Shown piece after piece: positions 60,343-64,000 of a stretch of DNA of 64,000 bases (positions are counted from its first letter, which is position 1; the number at the start of each line of letters is the position of its first letter). Source of the DNA: a virus. A program made the translations under genes and the position numbers. The stretch spans positions 1 through 64,000 of IMG/VR virus record IMGVR_UViG_3300020165_003419; one strand, written 5' to 3'. The notes below the pieces were generated by a model, which was not told where the DNA came from, searched no databases, and saw nothing but the letters and a program-made list of their open reading frames with translations.

Positions 60343-61478
60343 TGATTGTCGTATTCTTTAATGTTTGTAATAATTCTGGTGACGTCGTCTTCAGTCAGAT
60401 CTGAATGTAAAGGGATGAGGATGACATCTTCGTCGGCTCGCTTAAGGTTTGGCAAGTCACAAAGCCCGCCGAACATCTCATATATATCATTTCTTCGATT
60501 ATTAACGTTAACTTGAATATTCCTATCCCACATGTAGTGAGCGAACTCTTCGCGGTCTTCGACATGGATAGGAAAAATCTGATAGTTGGGTGTCCAGTGA
60601 TCTTGGTAGTTTAAAAGCGTAACCTTTGTTAAACCTTGCAGCTCTCTTCGGTATCTTTCTCCAATCTGCTTACGATGTTCCAAGACTCTGTCTAAATGAT
60701 CCATTGCTACACTGGCGAGTGTTGCAGTGATGTCATTCATGTTTGATTTAAATCCAAGCCCATCGGGTGGGACAGGGAGAGGATCCAAAATGCTGGTCTT
60801 CTTGACCTCTCGATCAATCCCATACCAAGACTGCTTGCGAATCTTCTTATATAAAGCTTCATCAGTGGTGGTTATGACTCCGCCATCTCCACAGGTTACA
60901 ATCTTAACGCACTGGAACGAGAATGTTGCCACATCTCCGAAAGATCCAATAGGTTGTCCCTTGTATTCGCATGCCATTGCGTGCGCGCTATCTTCGATAA
61001 TTGGAAGACCATGACGGTCTGCTACTTCACGTAGCTCGTCCATATCAACAGGATTGCCCGCATAGTGAACGCACATGATCGCTTTTGTTTTATTTGTAAT
61101 CTTCTCTTCGACGCTCTTTGGATCAATATTGAGTGTATCATATTGAATATCCGCGAACACGGGTGTGGCGCCAATCTCAAGAATTGAAGTATTAGTCGCA
61201 ATAAAGGTGAATGGTGTACTGACTACTTCGTCGCCGGGGCCGACATCAAGAGCTTTGAGCGCAATTTTAAGAGCGGCGGTTCCGCTCATGCAAGCTGCAG
61301 CATATGGAGCTTTAAACCTTGCTCGAACTTTTGCTCTAAATTCTGCTTCTTTCTTACCGGTATTAAGCCACTTTGACTTAAGTGTCTTAGCTACTTCTTC
61401 ACCAGCTTCGTCTGGAACGTACACACTCCAGCACCTGATGATGGACTCTTCCATTTTAAAATCATTGTCAGTTGTCAT
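60339..61478 (-). CDS. DegT/DnrJ/EryC1/StrS-family sugar aminotransferase
   Basis: SGTAAL, GPGDEV, VHYAG, IEDSAHA, FSFQCVKIVTCGDGG. Confidence 0.92.
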   Translation of the reverse strand: MTTDNDFKMEESIIRCWSVYVPDEAGEEVAKTLKSKWLNTGKKEAEFRAKVRARFKAPYAAACMSGTAALKIALKALDVGPGDEVVSTPFTFIATNTSILEIGATPVFADIQYDTLNIDPKSVEEKITNKTKAIMCVHYAGNPVDMDELREVADRHGLPIIEDSAHAMACEYKGQPIGSFGDVATFSFQCVKIVTCGDGGVITTTDEALYKKIRKQSWYGIDREVKKTSILDPLPVPPDGLGFKSNMNDITATLASVAMDHLDRVLEHRKQIGERYRRELQGLTKVTLLNYQDHWTPNYQIFPIHVEDREEFAHYMWDRNIQVNVNNRRNDIYEMFGGLCDLPNLKRADEDVILIPLHSDLTEDDVTRIITNIKEYDNQ

Positions 61479-62344
61479 TTACTATTCTCCTTTACTTTTG
61501 TTGCTGTGACGTAATAAACTGAATTGGGTATCTTGCCACTACTGAATGTCAAATCTTCACTTTCAATCGCCCTAATTATTGCATCTCTTTCAAGATATAT
61601 GACGGCGCGGATCTCATCAACCTCATCTCCGAAGAGTCCGCTGGCTTCAAAAGGCATTATAACATGGTCGTCTTCTTTTTCAAAACCAAAATCTTTAAGC
61701 ATACAGTCAATAGTGTCTGGGTGATACATTCTCTGTCGATTAAATTGTATCTCTGTTTTTGCTCCGAATGGAACTGATAAGATAAGCTTTCCTCCAGGCT
61801 TTAAAACTCTATGGAACTCTTTTAAACCTTTTTGATCGCCGTAATAATCTAACTCGTCTCCATAACGACCAAGCCCAAAATGTTCTAAAGCGTGTAGACA
61901 TGTTACTATATCATAACTATTGGCTTTAAACGGCAGCAATTGAGCTTCACTAAGTTTCAACTCAAAAGATGGTATAGTAGCTGCACACCATTCGCCGTTT
62001 GGTTTTAATTCTTTAAATAAACAATTTACTCTAGGCTCCACATATGTAACCTCGCAGGTATGGCTAAAGAACAAAGCCGTTTCAAGTCGGCTGGAAATAT
62101 CAAGCAGTTTAGGCGGAGTTGGTACACCCAATGAGTATTCAAGAACCGCTCTTGTTGCTTGGTAATCTTGATACATATAAACGCTGTCAACGTTCAAAGT
62201 CCCAGCGCAGTCTTTAAAATAACTTCTTTCAATCTCATCTTCATCTTGTTGGAAATAATCAACAAATTTAGAGCTTTCATCTTTTTTCTGTCTAAGCAGA
62301 GCTTTAAGCTCCTCTTTTTCATCTTCGGCTGTCTTTACTGTCAT
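61475..62344 (-). CDS. DUF268-like SAM-dependent methyltransferase
   Basis: LLDISSR, YDIVTCLHALEHFGLGRYGD, RVLKPGGKLILSVP. Confidence 0.75.
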   Translation of the reverse strand: MTVKTAEDEKEELKALLRQKKDESSKFVDYFQQDEDEIERSYFKDCAGTLNVDSVYMYQDYQATRAVLEYSLGVPTPPKLLDISSRLETALFFSHTCEVTYVEPRVNCLFKELKPNGEWCAATIPSFELKLSEAQLLPFKANSYDIVTCLHALEHFGLGRYGDELDYYGDQKGLKEFHRVLKPGGKLILSVPFGAKTEIQFNRQRMYHPDTIDCMLKDFGFEKEDDHVIMPFEASGLFGDEVDEIRAVIYLERDAIIRAIESEDLTFSSGKIPNSVYYVTATKVKENSK

Positions 62345-63267
62345 TACACCAGCCCCCTATAATATTGTACTGTTTGGCTAACACCTTCTTGGTGATCATA
62401 AAAAACGTAATCTTTGAACAAATCTTCAAATTTGCCCATTCCTAAAATCTTAATTGGAGCGCCATCTTGGAAATCTGTATTGAATGTGAGCTTGCCTTGA
62501 TAGCCGGTGGCTTTTGCTATGTTTTGTGCTGTTTCAGCAATTGCAAAGCCCTGCCCTTGAGCTACGTTTACTGGTTCAATAACTTTTTCAAGCTGCAGTG
62601 ACTGCAGTAAAATCTTACACACATCGTCTATGTAGATCCATTCTCTGACTGGCTTACCTGTTCCCCAGATCTCAAACTCTGTGTCATTGTTCTCGATAGA
62701 TTCTAACATTCTAATGATCATACCGTTTAGGGCATGCACCTTATTGGGGTCAGTACTGTCGCCTGGACCATAAATACCCGAAAACATGAGATTAATACTA
62801 TTGATATTATACTGCATTTCATAACACCGAGAGATGTAATACAAAACTCTCTTGAAGTTACCGAACGAAAATACCGAGGGATGAACTGTTCCGTCAAGCC
62901 ACTTTTCTTCTTCTTGGATCTGCGGGCCGTCAACATAACAACAATTAGAGAGCAGATTTACAATCGGTGTCGTTGGGCAGTTCTCTAATACAGCTTTATA
63001 TAAGTTTAGGGCGATATAAGTATTATCTGATATTACATCTCCCGCGAATGCCGTTACATAATGAACACTGCCGACATTTGCTGCACAATTAAAAATAGCA
63101 TCAATTCCGCGGTGTCGAAACTCCAGCAGCTTCTTGCTTAATTGTGTGTAATCTCTTAAATCGCACTGTGCTCTGGATAGTCCAATTACTTCGTGACCTT
63201 CATCGGTCAAATATTTTGTTAGGTTTTTACCGACAAAACCAGTGTGCCCTAATACGATGTATCTCAT
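62344..63267 (-). CDS. GDP-L-fucose synthase-like epimerase/reductase
   Basis: VLGHTGFVG, CDLRD, NCAANVG, IYGPGD, HALNGMI, EIWGTGKPVREWIY, DG. Probable start is ATG 63267. Confidence 0.8.
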   Translation of the reverse strand: MRYIVLGHTGFVGKNLTKYLTDEGHEVIGLSRAQCDLRDYTQLSKKLLEFRHRGIDAIFNCAANVGSVHYVTAFAGDVISDNTYIALNLYKAVLENCPTTPIVNLLSNCCYVDGPQIQEEEKWLDGTVHPSVFSFGNFKRVLYYISRCYEMQYNINSINLMFSGIYGPGDSTDPNKVHALNGMIIRMLESIENNDTEFEIWGTGKPVREWIYIDDVCKILLQSLQLEKVIEPVNVAQGQGFAIAETAQNIAKATGYQGKLTFNTDFQDGAPIKILGMGKFEDLFKDYVFYDHQEGVSQTVQYYRGLV

Positions 63268-63998
63268 TTTGTTCTCTCCCAAATATATTTTATGTCTTCT
63301 TCATTAAAAAATCTAGCTGAAGACTGTTGTGCTATCACCAAGCCATCGGCTGTTTTTGTTGATTTCCTTTCTTTTATGGACTGTTCAAGTTCGGATATAA
63401 TCTCTTTTGATATATGTGGTGTTAATTTAACAATATTGTTTTGTCCTTTTGTATAAAGCTCCAGATATGAATATAAATGTGGCTCGTTGGGATAGCTGTA
63501 GTTGTAATTTAATATAGTTGCGCCATCAAATCGTGCGCGATTATCATTCACAAGTTCAAAATCCCATGATGTCATATTGGGTCGTAGATATTTCAAAAAA
63601 TATTCTTTAGACCATATTGCTGGATGCAACGACATTCGGTACTCGATATGTTGAGCAAACTCAAGCAAGTTTTTGTTATCTTCAAAAGTTTTTGTGGCAC
63701 TTAAAGAAATACCGCCGCCAAGCATTGCTTTTTGTGCTTTCTTATTTATGAGTTGTTCTTCTAATTCAGCTATCTTATTGAGCGGCACTTGATTCATTAA
63801 GATGTGATCATCAAATATTAGAGCGAAGTATTCTTCTTTAACTTCTTTAAAGAATGGGATAAGGGCATTTGTCCACGTTTTGCCATAATCTTCTTGTGTA
63901 CCCACACAAGCAACATTTACGTTATCTGGCAACTCTTTTAATTCTAACACATCTTCATAGCCGACGATCGTTATGTCTTGATTCGGCCAATACTTGTT
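63264..63998 (-). CDS. Putative glycosyltransferase-like protein; start lies beyond the right edge
   Basis: The frame stays open to the window edge (NKYWPNQDITIVGYED...). W...L...EEYFALIFDDH (DD motif), SLHPAIWSKEYF, WDFE. Confidence 0.5.
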   Translation of the reverse strand, partial: NKYWPNQDITIVGYEDVLELKELPDNVNVACVGTQEDYGKTWTNALIPFFKEVKEEYFALIFDDHILMNQVPLNKIAELEEQLINKKAQKAMLGGGISLSATKTFEDNKNLLEFAQHIEYRMSLHPAIWSKEYFLKYLRPNMTSWDFELVNDNRARFDGATILNYNYSYPNEPHLYSYLELYTKGQNNIVKLTPHISKEIISELEQSIKERKSTKTADGLVIAQQSSARFFNEEDIKYIWERTK

Positions 63999-64000
63999 GA

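Noticed and set aside
367-62988. Numerous 60-190 aa plus-strand and nested minus-strand ORFs in the track
   Set aside because: All overlap well-supported minus-strand genes that already tile the window, and none has recognisable motifs.
48757-64000. Interpreting the sugar cluster as a bacterial O-antigen/capsule locus (prophage boundary or chimeric contig)
   Set aside because: No wzx, wzy, ABC exporter or housekeeping genes are visible. The genes run on, overlapping and on the same strand, into the phage sigma factor, and include short phage-style variants. A chimera cannot be fully excluded without reads.
1-64000. CRISPR arrays, tRNAs, introns/inteins, reverse transcriptase/DGR, stop-codon recoding
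   Set aside because: I saw no spaced direct repeats, cloverleafs, intein or RT motifs by eye. Intergenic gaps are under 100 nt, and the standard code gives full-length genes.

Overview
This window is a gene-dense, AT-rich segment of a large myovirus-type (jumbo-like) bacteriophage genome, and essentially every real gene is on the minus strand. In transcription order (right to left) it has four parts. (1) About 15 kb of nucleotide-sugar and glycan-tailoring genes: RmlA/RmlB, two DegT-type aminotransferases, several NAD epimerases, a NeuA-like cytidylyltransferase, a SIS-HAD fusion, Maf/DUF115-, GT8- and GT9-like transferases, methyltransferases, a B12 radical SAM enzyme and a UDP-sugar dehydrogenase. 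(2) A T4 gp55-like sigma factor with small neighbours. (3) About 38 kb of baseplate/tail genes: gp5-like with an M15 peptidase, gp25, gp6, a 3906-aa LamG protein and paralogous tail proteins. (4) RuvC-like resolvase, FKBP PPIase, primase, a fused Mre11-Rad50 (SbcD-SbcC), four proteins with shared N-terminal leaders, and a tubulin/FtsZ-family gene running off the left edge that the ORF track missed. The most notable hypothesis is a phage-encoded virion glycosylation system, because the glycan cluster sits next to structural proteins rich in [S/T]-[G/A/S]-S motifs. Other leads are capsid-targeting-like leaders, a ParB-like/tubulin operon, sigma70 promoters embedded in RBS-occluding hairpins, a candidate TAnTTA late promoter and strong over-representation of the palindrome GCCGGC. 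All assignments come from motif recognition by eye; no database searches were run.
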